Positions 1 through 11,925 of a stretch of 64,000 bases of DNA are shown piece after piece; the stretch's first letter is position 1, and the number at the start of each line of letters is the position of its first letter. The translations under genes were made by a program, and so were the position numbers. The notes below the pieces were generated by a model. The model did no database searches and was not told where the DNA came from. It saw only the letters and a program-made list of their open reading frames with translations. Source of the stretch: Octopus vulgaris (Eukaryota); assembly GCA_951406725.2 (NCBI GenBank), contig OX597817.1, positions 64,356,001-64,420,000 of the forward strand, written 5' to 3'.

Positions 1-635
1 AGATAATGAAAACAATGTCACATTTTAAACTTGAGAAATGTCTTGCATATTTTTGCTGTTCCACTTATAGATTGTATTTGTAATGTGCGAGTCAGTTGAT
101 TTCTTTTTCTAAAAATCCAAGACTATCCAAACTGAAAGGTATTTATTTACAAAACTAAGTGCTCCAATTATTATTGGTATAAATGTAAATTTGTAATCTG
201 GATATAAAAACTGGAGGTTTTGAAGCAGATGTCCATAGTTATCTTCTTTCTCTTTGATTCTTCAAAGAGGTAAGTAGGTAGGTAGGTAGGTAGGTAGGTA
301 AGTAGGTAGGTAGGTAGGTAGGTAGGCAGGTAGGTAGGTAGGTAGGTAGGTAGGTAGGTAGGTAGTTAGATGGGTAGGTAAGTGGGTAGATATATGCATA
401 TGTGTATGTGCATGTGTGTGTGTGAAAGTATGTATGTATGTATGTATGTATGTATGTATATAAGTATGTATGTATGTGTGTGTGTATATGTATGTATGTA
501 TGTATGTGTGACCTGTTATTAACAGTTTCTTTTGGCAAAGAGCTCAATAAAGATACAAAGTGTCATCACTGGAATGTAGATAATGAAAACAATGTCACAT
601 TTTAAACTTGAGAAATGTCTTGCATATTTTTGCTG
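1..635. repeat. Exact 58-bp direct repeat (1-58 and 578-635)
   Basis: AGATAATGAAAACAATG..GCATATTTTTGCTG twice, 577 bp apart; may extend left of the window. Confidence 0.9.
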
Positions 636-1072
636 GTTAATCAGCTGGGTCATACCACTGCTTGATTCAAAATGATTGATGTGACTCAATAACAACAGTC
701 ATAAATAACAGTGTAATTACCACCACCATGCCTGAGAAAGTCTCAAATCATAAAAGTTCATTCACCTTCTAGGGTAAAAAAAAAACCCATAGAACTTTTG
801 TGTGAAACACAAAAGAAAACTGATTTTCTTTTATATGTTGACTTTGTTGATTTATGTATGTATAATTATATATAAATAAATGTATATATATAAATATGTG
901 CATGTATATATACACACACACATACATACATTTATAGAGAGATTAAGATATATAGATAAGTAGATACATATGTATTTGCTTTGTATGTATGTATGTATGT
1001 ATGTATGTATGTACGTTGTATATATAGATATATATATATATGTGCATACATGACACATATACACACATATCC

Positions 1073-1103
<31 letters not shown>

Positions 1104-2015
1104 AAACCAGTTACATATATTTTATAATTTTACTAGTTTCAACGTGTTCCAATGAAGCACTTACGTATTTGAAGAGGTTAGAGGTGGAAGGTGTTTTTAT
1201 TGTCTCCACAGTGTGTGTGTGTGTATGTGTGTGCGTGCATGTGTGTATGCATATGCATGTGTATGTTTGTATGTGTGTGTGTCCGTCCATCCATGTGCAC
1301 GTGAGAAAATTTGTCTCTGTTCAGTTTGTTCTATTTTCTTTCCCTTCCTTGAAGAAAGATGTGATTTAAGTCCAAAGTATATGGCCACCACTAGTAGTTT
1401 AGCTAACTTTTGCTAGAATGTCACCCAGCAAGAAAGAAGGCCATACCACCGCAATTATAACTATCATCACAACTATTCAAGCTAATGAGGTGATAGACCC
1501 TCCATGCAGTTGCTCACCACATGGAAGATTTATCCTAATGGAATAGCAACTAAATCCCCTTCAAATCAAACCCTTCCATTCTAAGTAAATGCAATCCCTG
1601 ATTCATTTAAAAGAGTGGATCACAGACGGAATTTGTTTATCATACAGTTTTCATGAACCAAGCAACATGAAAACAACAATCACATCACCATCATTATATA
1701 ACCACCATCATAATAAGTGAAACTTATAAAAATACCTCAGCAAGGTCACACAGGCTGCTAGAAGTAGCAACCAAATCTCATTCATATCTTAAATAAAGAG
1801 GAATATATTGGATAGTGTAAATTGACCATAAATCTGTGAAGCAAAGTTCACTTGATGCTATACATTAACAATACCTCTCTTCCACAACACTGATACTAAT
1901 TGCTGTTACATCAATGAAGAAAGTGAATACTTCTCATAAACTGTTCTCCCACCTGTTTCATCACTGTTGTTGTCTTTTCTGACTCAAAGTCAACCCTGAT
2001 GCATTGAACCTATAA

Positions 2016-2276
2016 TCAAATGCATTTGAGCCATAAATGTCCTTGATCATTGAGATTAACAACTACACAATTCCAGCATGCATCTGTGATATTTTCTAAT
2101 CGTCTACTAACAGTAATGGGTGAAACAGAAAAATTTCCTGATGCCTGAAGAAGTCTGGCTGTCCTGCTCCAGCCAGGAATTAACAACTGCCAGTGTGTAT
2201 AATTATATTGGCAAAATGACTTTCCCAAAATACAACTAACTACATCTGTTTCAATGCACAATTTCATATCAAGAAT
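2016..2276 (-). CDS. Candidate terminal exon
   Basis: 87 open codons in unique sequence (ILDMKLCIE..GHLWLKCI*) after a T-rich tract; the acceptor is a weak AAG. Confidence 0.2.
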   Translation of the reverse strand: MLDMKLCIETDVVSCILGKSFCQYNYTHWQLLIPGWSRTARLLQASGNFSVSPITVSRRLENITDACWNCVVVNLNDQGHLWLKCI

Positions 2277-2341
2277 CTTACAACACAAATAAAGATAAAA
2301 ATACATGCATACATACATACATACATACATACATACATACA

Positions 2342-2374
<33 letters not shown>

Positions 2375-2938
2375 GCATGCATGCATACATACATACATAC
2401 ATACATACATACATACATACATACATACATGCATACATGCTTACACACAAGCACACATACATGCACACACATTCACATGTGCATGCACACAAACACACAC
2501 ATACACACATACTCTCACACACACATACTCACACACACTGACACAGATAGATAGAATCTTCCTTAAACAATTTCCTGCCAGAATATTGATATGGCTTTCC
2601 ATGTGAAAAAGGTGTTACTGATATGACGTTTGCGATAAAAATGGTCTAGACAAAGTGTACAGAGTTGAATTAGTCTCTGAATATAACCTTGGTTGATCTC
2701 AAAGCTTTTGGCATGATGGTTTATAAAGAATTCTTGCCAAATACCATTGTCCATGCATGTTCATACATATAAATTTTATGATGGTATACAGGAGAGCACT
2801 AGAAGCACTAAAGACATATTCTTTGTCTTTTACTTGTTTCAGTCATATGACTGTGGCCATGTGGAGCACCACATTGACGAGTTTTGATTGGACAACTTAA
2901 CCCAAGGACTTATTTTCTAAGCTTATTACTTATTCTAT

Positions 2939-3451
2939 AGTGGAGACGCAATGGCCCAGTGGTTAGGGCAGCGGACTCGCGGTCGTAGGATTGTGGCAAT
3001 TATTCCCAGACCAGGCATTGTGAGTGTTTATTGAATGAAAACACCTAAAGCTCCACGAGGCCCCGGCAGGGGATGGTGGTGAACCATGCTGTACTCTTTC
3101 ACCACAACTTTCTCTCGCTCTTTCTTCCTGTTTCTGTTGTACCTGTATTTTAAAGGGCCAGCCTTGTCACACTCTGTGTCACGCTGAATCTCCCCAAGAA
3201 CTACGTTAAGTGTACATGTGTATGTGGAGTGCTCAGCCACTTGCACGTTAATAAATGAGCTGCGACGTCACTGGTGCCAAGATGTATCGGCCTTTGACTT
3301 TCCCTTGGATAACACTGGTAGCATGGAGATGGGAGGCTGGTATGCGTGAGCAGCTGCTGGTCTTCCATAAACAACCTTGCCCAGACTTGTGCTTCGGAGG
3401 GTAACTTTCTAGGTGCAATCCCATGATCATTCATGACCGAAGGGGGTCACA
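2939..3451 (+). mobile_element. SINE family C, tail type 1, with 11-bp TSD
   Basis: tRNA-like head GGAGACGCAATGGCCCAGTGGTTAGGGC; TSD ACTTATTCTAT at 2928-2938 and 3452-3462, inside a family A SINE. Confidence 0.88.
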
Positions 3452-3584
3452 ACTTATTCTATCATCTTTTATGACAAAATCACCAAATTACAGGGATGTA
3501 AACACACCAACACCGATTGTTAAGGAGGGATATATCAAATACAGACATAAAGACATACACACACACAGATATATACATACATAT

Positions 3585-3943
3585 ATGTGTGGATGTGTGG
3601 TAAGAAGCTTGCTTACCAATCACATGGTTCTGGATTCAGTCCCACTGCGTGGCACCTTGGGCAAGTGTCTTCTACTATACCCTCAGGCTGACCAAAGCCT
3701 TGTGAGTGGATTTGATAGACAGAAACTGAAAGAAGCCTGTCGTATATACGTGTGTGTGTGTGTGTGTGTTTGTATTTGTCCTCCTACCATCGCTTGACAA
3801 CCGATGCTAGCGGTTCAGCAAAAGAGACTGATAGAATAAGTACTAGGCTTACAAAAAATAAGTCCTGGGGTTGACTAGTTCGACTAAAGATGGTGCTCCA
3901 CCACGGCTGCAGTCAAATGACTGAAACAAGTAAAAGAATAAAA

Positions 3944-3981
<38 letters not shown>

Positions 3982-4139
3982 CAGGCTTCTTTCAGTTTCT
4001 GTCAACTAAATCCATTCATAAGGCTTTAGTCAGCCCAAGGCTACAGTAGAAATTACTTGCCCAAGGTGCCATGCAGTGTGACTGAACCTAGAACCATGTG
4101 GTTGGAAAGCAGGCTTCTTACCACACAGCCACTCCTGCA
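3585..4139. mobile_element. Two family A SINEs in inverted orientation (3585-3947 plus; 3980-4139 minus head)
   Basis: Head sequence and its reverse complement about 240 bp apart. Confidence 0.85.
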
Positions 4140-5002
4140 TCATCTTCTGTCACAACTGGTGTGAAACAGGATTGTGACTAAGCAACTACACTTTTCAGTG
4201 TTATGTTTTCTGCCATATTGCAAAAGGCTTTCCAGATCACTACCTAGGATTGACAGATATGACGAGAAATTGCAAAATATTTGCATATTGCAAGCAAAAA
4301 CCAAAGTTTGGCATCTAAGCATCAGTGAACTGCTGTTTGTAGATGATTACAAATTTTTTTGTGCCAGATAAGTACAGCATGCAAACTTTTATCACTCAAT
4401 TCACAAAGGTTTGCAATAACTTTGGTGTCACAACTGGCACTTCAAAAACTGTACTGCATCAATCTGTCCTGGAGCATGCCCAACGTGCACCTCCTGGAAT
4501 AACAATAAGTAGGTGCTAAGATGAAAATGTGGGTAATTTTGGGTATCTTAGAAGTAGATTCTCATCAAGTGCCTGAATTGGTGTTGAAATGACATAGAAT
4601 ATTGGGTAAGTTGAAAGCAGCTTTTGAATAACTCTAGAATAGCGTGTGGGACATTCCAAGTATTTGCATTAATACCATGATCAAAGTTTACCTTGCTGTC
4701 ATTTTCACAACCCTCTTCTATGAGACTGAAAATTGGACAATGTGCTAGTCCCATATTAGAAAGCTCAACCATTTCCACATCTTGTCTATGGAAGCTTCTA
4801 AATATCCATACACATGCACACACATACACGCACACTCGCACGCACGCACACACACACACACACACACAAAATAGGGTAAATTTCCAACACAGGACAGATG
4901 TGAAAACACCCTAGAAAATTGGGTAAACACCCCTAAAAGATGGTAAAATATTGCCAGCAAGCAGCTACAGAGAATCAAACCCTGTACCTCTCAGACAGAT
5001 AT

Positions 5003-5460
5003 AGTAAAGTCTATTTGCCAACGCAATATGGCAGTCCTACATAGACGATGTAACTACTTTTTAGCCACAGGAAAGCATCTTTTCCAGCTGGCTGCCAACA
5101 TGTGATCTACATCTGTATACTGTGAGCAAGAGAGTCTACTGCTCTTTTCTAGCCATAGTGATCCCTGTAGACCAATGGTTTCTAGGTAATTTACCTTCAT
5201 CGGTACAGGACAACTGCGGGCTAGAGGTAGCAGCCACTCACTCCAGATAACAGTATATACTTTTAAAGCAACACATAGTCACTGATCTCATAAAGAGAAA
5301 AGCAACTAGTTTCAAATCTCTGAGCTATAAATATGTAGTAGCAGTACCTTACAGTAAAGTCTATTTGCCATTGCAATGTGGCAGTCCTATGTAGGACAAT
5401 GTTTCTACTTTTTGCCCCCCAGGAAAACATCTTTTCCAGCTAACTACCAACACATGATCT
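5003..5460 (-). mobile_element. Partial tandem (about 1.3 units, 350-bp period) HHR-bearing element; Penelope pLTR/retrozyme-like
   Basis: 5003-5108 is repeated at 5353-5460; HHR at 5164-5209; ends next to (TA)n. Confidence 0.72.
5164..5209 (-). ncRNA. Type I hammerhead ribozyme motif (U4C core variant)
   Basis: Minus strand CCTGTA-CCGATGA-AGGTA(AAT)TACCT-A-GAAA-CCA(T)TGG-TC-TACAGG: perfect 6-bp stem I, 5-bp stem II, minimal stem III, GUC site. Confidence 0.8.
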
Positions 5461-5569
5461 GTCCTTTATATATATATATAGGGAGAGTTTACGAAAAAAC
5501 AAAAGACGAAGACAGGTGGTGTACAAAACAAACAGATGTATTAGTATAATGCTCAGGAATAGAAAAAGT

Positions 5570-5605
5570 CTTTTATGTTTCAAGCCTATGCTCTTCTACA
5601 GAAAG
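5570..5605 (-). ncRNA. Second copy of the CUGUNGA hammerhead-like motif
   Basis: Minus strand CTTT-CTGTAGA-A-GAGC(ATAG)GCTT-GAAA-CA-TA-AAAG within repeat 5480-5668, flanked by (TA)n. Confidence 0.5.
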
Positions 5606-5691
5606 GGACACAGAAAAAACAAGGAGAGAAAAAAAATGTGTGTAGTGGGTAACGGTCTATCATGGCGTCTATATATATATATATATTAAGA

Positions 5692-5880
5692 AGGTAAAAG
5701 TTATGGCTGGTCATAGAGTGACCATTGGTTTCACACCTAAAGCACTTAGCAGTATAAGTGACTCATTAGAGGTTATGTGCCTTCAGCCATTTGAGTCCAA
5801 TGTGTTGTCTATACTGCACATCATTTTATAGGTGCAAAACCAGTAGTCACTCTATGACCTGCCAGAACTTTTGACTACCT
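5692..5880. repeat. Older fold-back hairpin with decayed HHR in both arms
   Basis: AAAAGTTATGGCTGGTCATAGAGTGAC..CACCTA pairs with TAGGTG..GTCACTCTATGACCTGCCAGAACTTTT. Confidence 0.85.
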
Positions 5881-6183
5881 AGAAAATACATTACTGCTCT
5901 AATACTTTAGAGTGTGCATCTTTTTTGGATATATGAACTACTGACAATATGCAGGAATAGGACCCCCTTTAATCATGAATGACCATGGGATTGCACCAAG
6001 AAAGTTCCCCTCCGAGTCACAAGTCCAAGCAAGGTTGTTTATGGAAGACCAACAGTTACCCATGTATACCAGTTTCCCCTCTCCACGCTATGTGGTTGGG
6101 GAGCAAGCTTCTTACCACACAACTACTCTTCCACCTATATATGTATGTATATATATCAGTAATGTACCTGTAATGACTACTGG

Positions 6184-6442
6184 GTGGAGGCGCGTGGCTT
6201 AGTGGTTAGGGTGTCAGCATCATGATCATAAGATTGTGGTTTCAATTCCTGGACCGGGCAATGCGTTGTGTTCTTGAGCAAAACACTTCATTTCACATTG
6301 CTCCAGTCCACTCAGCTGGCAAAAATGAGTAATGCTGCAATGGACTGGTGTACCGTTCAGCTGGGGAACATACACCATAGAAACTGGGAAACCGAGCCCA
6401 TGAGCCTAGCTAGGCTTTAAAAGGGTGCACTTATTTTATTAT
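6184..6442 (+). mobile_element. SINE family D with 13-bp TSD
   Basis: Head GGAGGCGCGTGGCTTAGTGGTTAGGG, B box GGTTTCAATTCC; TSD TAATGACTACTGG at 6171-6183 and 6443-6455. Confidence 0.88.
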
Positions 6443-6523
6443 TAATGACTACTGGAGACAGCTGTAAGCCAAATTTGCTCTAATAAAGGCAAAATATGTA
6501 ATGACCATTATTTTAAACTTATT

Positions 6524-6564
<41 letters not shown>

Positions 6565-7128
6565 CATAAATACGTATATACATACTTATGTATAATTACG
6601 CTTTGTTAATTATTTTAGTATTTTTTGTTGACTTCTTTCACACTAGCCATCAGTCTTTTTTTCCATCCACCATGTCACTAAAATAAATAAATAAATAGAA
6701 CACGAAAAACATGTGTGTACCTGTGCAATCTCTCTAGGAATGTGACTTTTAATGTATTTCACTGAGTTTTCTTAAAGACGTTGGAACAAACAGACTGATA
6801 AATAATATCAGAACCAAACTTGGCACCATGTGTCAATCAAATACTTTCTTCTAATATTGTCTTTTAGCCTTTGGTTGTCAACATTGTATCTTTTGTGTGT
6901 TTGTGTGTGTGTGTATGTGTGTTGTGTGTGTGTGTATTATATCTGTTGTGGTGGTTTTAGAATCTGATTAATTAGTTAGATGTATGCGGAGAGAAAGTAG
7001 CATAGATTAAAGGCGGCGGTGTAGATGAGAAGAGGTGGCATGGATAAAATAATCAATGGCTCTTTGGCACACCTGACCAGTTTACGGTTTTGTGAGTGCA
7101 CTTTTGTCTTTTGGTCTCCATGTGTGTG

Positions 7129-7160
<32 letters not shown>

Positions 7161-7194
7161 CTAAAGACTGTGGTGTATACAAGATTAGTAACAG

Positions 7195-7357
7195 AAGTAG
7201 TAGTGGAGGTAGTGGTGTTAGCAGTAGTAGTGGCAATGAAGGTGGTGATGGTGATGGTGATAGCAGTGGTGATGGTAGTGGTGGTGGTGGTGGTAGTGGT
7301 GGTGGTGATGGTGCTTGTAGTAGTATCAGTGGCAGCAACGGCAGCAGCAGCAACGGT

Positions 7358-7432
<75 letters not shown>

Positions 7433-7435
7433 TGC
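7195..7435. repeat. Compound trinucleotide repeat (GTG/GCA/GTA)n
   Basis: Read directly from the sequence. Confidence 0.95.
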
Positions 7436-7692
7436 TGGAATATGTGGAGAGGTGAGGTGGAGAGTGGGTGGGGTGGGGATGATCATGTTCCAGATTTGTG
7501 AGGTTTGTTCTCCATGTATGTGTTTGTGAACACTGCTTTGTCAGTGTATCTATGAGTATGCTTGTGTGCGTTTGTGTATGTGAGTGTGTGTGCTTGTATT
7601 TATGTGTTTATGAATATTTAAGAAAATGTATACTTGTATGTATGTAAGTATATATTTTGAAGTTCTTATGTGTGTGTTCATACATGTATTTA

Positions 7693-7732
<40 letters not shown>

Positions 7733-8279
7733 CACTTTCATGTGTATGTTTTCCAGTGCATTTATGAATATGTATGCATGTATGTAAAACATGTGAGTGC
7801 ATATGCGCATTTGTGTGTACATGTGTGTGTGTGTGTGTGTTTGTGCATGTGTGTGTGTGTGTGTGCATGTGTGTGTGTGTGTGTGTGTGATAGCAAAAAC
7901 GGTAATGATTGGAAAGTAGTGGCCGTGTTTTGACTAAGGTGACTGGTTTTGGTCTGAAAATTAGTTGCAGTGATTGTGTATGAGTATGTATATGTATATA
8001 TTAATATATATGCCTATTATATTTCTATGTATGTACATATATATATATGTATACATGTATGTGTATATATGTATTTATGTTATGTATGCATATATTTATT
8101 TGATAGACTTATTGTGTTAACAAGAGAATGTCAACTTTTTTGAGTACCCCATGTTATGCATGTATTTAATATATATTTCCAATCTTCCTTCTGTAATATA
8201 TTGACAGTACTCCCATTAAATATCTGAGTCACAAAAAGTTCAGTAAATCATACACATATAAGATTATATATATATATTA

Positions 8280-8857
8280 GTGTCGCCTGACTGGCTCCTG
8301 TGCTGACAGCACGTAAAAAACACCATTTGAGCGTGGTCATTGCCAGTGCCGCCTAAGTGGCTCCTGTGCCGGTGGCATGTAAAAAGCACTATTTGAGTGT
8401 CATCGATGCCAGTACTGCCTGACTGGCCCTTGTGCCGGTGGCACATAAAAAGCACCCACTACACTCTCAGAGTGGTTGGTGTTAGGAAGGGCATCCAGCT
8501 GTAGAAACTTTGCTAAATCAGATGAGAGCCTGGTGCAACCTTCTGGCTCGCCAGCCCTCAGTCAAACCGTCCAACCCATGCCAGCAAGGAAAGCGGACAT
8601 TAAATGATGATGATGATGATGATGATTAGCTTACAGAGAAAGCAAAATTTTATTGGCACCACATAAGAAGTACCCCTGGTGACACCACACAAAGAGTACC
8701 CATACTGGTGCCATGTAAAAAGCACCCAGTACACTCAGTAAAATGGCTGGCATTGGGAAGGGCATCCAGCCATAGAAACCATGCCAGAACAGACAACTGG
8801 AGTGTGATACAGCTCCTCTCAAACTGTCCAACCCATGGCAGATGTTAAATGATGAGG

Positions 8858-8860
<3 letters not shown>
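8280..8860 (+). repeat. Family E repeat, two copies (internal CTGGC.CCTGTGCC..GTAAAAAGCAC tandem units, (GAT)n tail)
   Basis: Tail GGAAGGGCATCCAGC..CCAACCCATGCCAGC..TTAAATGATGATG. Related copies at 13860, 27160, 31215, 35660, 35890, 37260, 40015, 55990 and 63060. Confidence 0.8.
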
Positions 8861-8913
<53 letters not shown>

Positions 8914-9199
8914 AGAGAGGAGAGTGAGAGAGAGGCGGGGAAGCAAATAGTCCATAGCTTCATAGAATTAGTGTTAATTGTGGAGCTTGAAAAGGTTAAA
9001 GATTGGTGTGTCATCTCATTACTTAAAAGAGAAATAAATTTTCAGAAGAGCTCAAAATGAAGAACTGCATGTAATGTTTGTGGAGGCATGTGGCTTAGTG
9101 GTTAAGGTGTTGGATTCATGATTGTAAGATTGTGGTTTCAATTCCTAGACAGGTCAATGTGTTCTGTTCTTGAGCCAAGCACTTCATTTCATATTTTCA

Positions 9200-9722
9200 A
9201 AGGTCCTAGTCACTAGTCATTGCCTCGGTGAGGCCCAATGTTCGAAGGTCATGCTTCACCACCTCATCCCAGGTCTTCCTCTTCAACAGGTTCCCTCAAC
9301 CGCTAGGGTATGGCACTTTTTCACACAGTTATCCACATCCATTCTCACCACATGGCCATACCAGCACAGTCATCTCTCTTGTACATCACATCTGATGCGT
9401 CTTAAGTCCAACTTTTCTCTCAAGGTACTAACACTCTGTCGAGTATGCACACTGACATTACACATCCAGTGGAGCATACTGGTTTCATTCCTTGCAAGCT
9501 TACGCATGTCCTCAGCAGTCACAGCTCATGTTTCACTACCATGTAGCATGGCTGTTCATACACATGTGTCATACAGTCTACCTTTTACTCTGAGCAAGAG
9601 GCTCTTTATCACCAGCAGAGGTAAGAGCTCTCTGAACTTTGCCCAGGCTATTCTTATTCTAGCAGCTACACTTTCAGCACACCTTCCCCCGCTACTGACT
9701 TGGTCACCTAGGTATCAGAAGC
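9200..9722 (-). mobile_element. RTE-clade LINE 3' fragment
   Basis: Minus strand reads YLGDQVSSGG..RIRIAWAKFRELLPLL..KGRLYDTCV..MLHGSET..LCWYGHVVRMD..RGRP. Confidence 0.88.
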
Positions 9723-9723
9723 T

Positions 9724-9768
<45 letters not shown>

Positions 9769-10396
9769 CTTCTTTCAGATTCTGTCTACCAAATCCACTT
9801 TGGTCAGTCCAGGGCTATTGTAAAGACACTTGTCCAAGATGGCATATAGTGAAATTGGGCCTGGAACCATGTCGTTACGAAGCAAGTTACAAAATGTTTA
9901 CTGTGTTTTTAAAGTTATTTTCACTCAAAAATATTTTCCCATCATAATGTGTCTAACGGAAAGGTTAAATGTTCTTCCTTTTCAGGGTTAAGTTATTTTC
10001 AACGTATTTTCCCATTATGCCCAGTTTTAGGTATTTATACCCCAAAACTTCAAATATCTCAATAACTACTGGTCCAATTTATGCAAAACTTGTTTTATTC
10101 CGTTCATATTCATATTTCAGGGGCAATTTACTTTCAAAGTATTTCCCCATTATGTGCCAGTTTAGCTGTGCAACATTGCAAGCAAGCAATATTAACCTTC
10201 ACTTTTAATGTATTATACATATAAGCTAATATTGAACAATGAGAATGAGTGCTCAACACTGCATTGGTGGACAAGTATTCTTTATTCGTGTGGTAACTAG
10301 ACTACCATTGGTTTTGCGCCTGTCACATGGTGCTCACCTCCGTCTTCGGTAAAAACTCAAATAAAGTATATACATATCCACACACACACACACACT

Positions 10397-10457
<61 letters not shown>

Positions 10458-10526
10458 GTATACGTATGTATCATTCGCTATGAAAGATTGCTAGCCACTA
10501 CACATTCTTTATTTCCTCTCCTTGTT

Positions 10527-10564
10527 TCTTTCTGTGGAAGAGCATAGGCTTGAAACGTTAAAGA
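10527..10564 (+). ncRNA. Ultra-minimal hammerhead-like motif (CUGUNGA variant)
   Basis: TCTTT-CTGTGGA-A-GAGC(ATAG)GCTT-GAAA-CG-TT-AAAGA within a ~165-bp repeat (10470-10633). Confidence 0.55.
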
Positions 10565-10648
10565 TTTTTTCACTTCCTAAGCGTTATACTAATACATCTG
10601 TTTGTTTTTTACACCACCTGTCTTCGTCTTTTGTTTTTTGTGAATTCT

Positions 10649-10692
<44 letters not shown>

Positions 10693-11217
10693 CTTATATA
10701 TATGTATATATGTGTGTATGAAATGATGTACACGTAAGTGCTAATTTTCATGTTCATGTATGTATTACTGTTATTTCCAAGTATATTTATGTTTTGGATT
10801 TGTATGTGCCCATGTAATTAAGTGTGTTTATTTATTTGTTTTTTTATTTATTTAGTGTGTGTGTGTGAGAGAGAGAGAGTGTGTGTGTGTAAGTGCAAGT
10901 TTATTTACTTATGTGTGCACGTGTGTAGACGCATGTACATAGGTATAGTAACCATACATAGGTGTATATAGATGTGTATCTATGAATATATATATATGCG
11001 TTTGTGTATGAATGTGACATGTGTCTATGAGGGGGGAAGAGATGTGGAAAAGGGAAGACTGGGTGAAGCAAAAGAGAGACAGAAAGACAGACAGACAAAC
11101 AGACAGATAGATAGAGAGACTGACAGACATAGCAGCTGAAACCATGAGATACTTTGCTACTGACTACCTTCCTTCCATCTCTACCATTACTGGTAGCAAA
11201 GAAAAAAATTTGCTGGA

Positions 11218-11256
<39 letters not shown>

Positions 11257-11456
11257 GAGAAGAGAGAGGGGAGGGAGGGAGGAAGACATGTCAAAACTTG
11301 CTATTAACTACAAGAGAACAACATGGATATCATTAAAAACAATAACAACAACGATAATTGTTTGTAATTTTGGCACAAGGCCATCAGTTTTGCAGAAAGG
11401 GGTTTAGTAAATGCCATCAACCTCAGTATTTGACTGGTACTTTGTTTTTCAACCCA

Positions 11457-11582
11457 GGTGCAAGCATGGCTGTGTGGTAAGAAACTTGCTTCTCAACCAC
11501 ATGGTTCCAAGTTCAGTCCTAGAGTGTGTTACCTAGGGCCTTGTGAGAGGATTTGGTAGACAGAAGCTGGAAGAAGCCTGTC

Positions 11583-11640
<58 letters not shown>

Positions 11641-11658
11641 GTGTGCGCATGAGTGTGA

Positions 11659-11699
<41 letters not shown>

Positions 11700-11925
11700 C
11701 ATGTGTGTATGTCTTTGAGTTTGTGTTTGTCCCCCACCACAACTTGACAATCAATCATGGTGAGTTTATGTCCCTGTAACTTAGCAGTTTGGCAAAATAC
11801 ACCAATAGAATAAGCACCAGGCTTAAGAAAAATATAAGGTTGATTCATCAGATTAATATTCTTGAAGGCAGTGCCCCAGCATGGCAGCACTGTCATGACT
11901 GAAACAAATTAAAGAATAAAAGAAA
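11457..11925 (+). mobile_element. SINE family A
   Basis: Head GCATGGCTGTGTGGTAAG through tail GACTGAAACAAATTAAAGAATAAAAG. Confidence 0.85.

Larger units (their letters stand above)
2560..4800 (+). mobile_element. Degenerate RTE/BovB-like LINE RT relic split by nested SINEs
   Basis: 2570-2730 reads FLPEY*YGF..KGVTDMTFAI..KCTELN..L.ITLVDLKAF; 4140-4350 reads VTTGVKQ..TTLFSVMFSAIL and LQAKTKV..ISELLFVDD; 4540-4740 has YL.S and NTMIKVYLAVIFTTLFYETENWT. SINEs occupy 2820-4139. Confidence 0.85.

Noticed and set aside
1120-1175. Minus-strand GAAA-CTAG-TA half-hammerhead
   Set aside because: The first catalytic box and stem I partner were not found.
2145-2180. CTGAAGA + 7-bp hairpin + GAAT
   Set aside because: No stem I or stem III partner, and the second box is wrong.
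2941-3015. tRNA-like sequences at SINE 5' ends (also 6186, 18835 and others)
   Set aside because: A/B boxes only, no complete cloverleaf, and continuous with SINE bodies.
6976-7529. Ser/Gly-, Pro- and Thr-rich ORFs
   Set aside because: Compound trinucleotide microsatellite.
9170-9766. 198-aa plus-strand ORF
   Set aside because: Antisense shadow of the RTE fragment.
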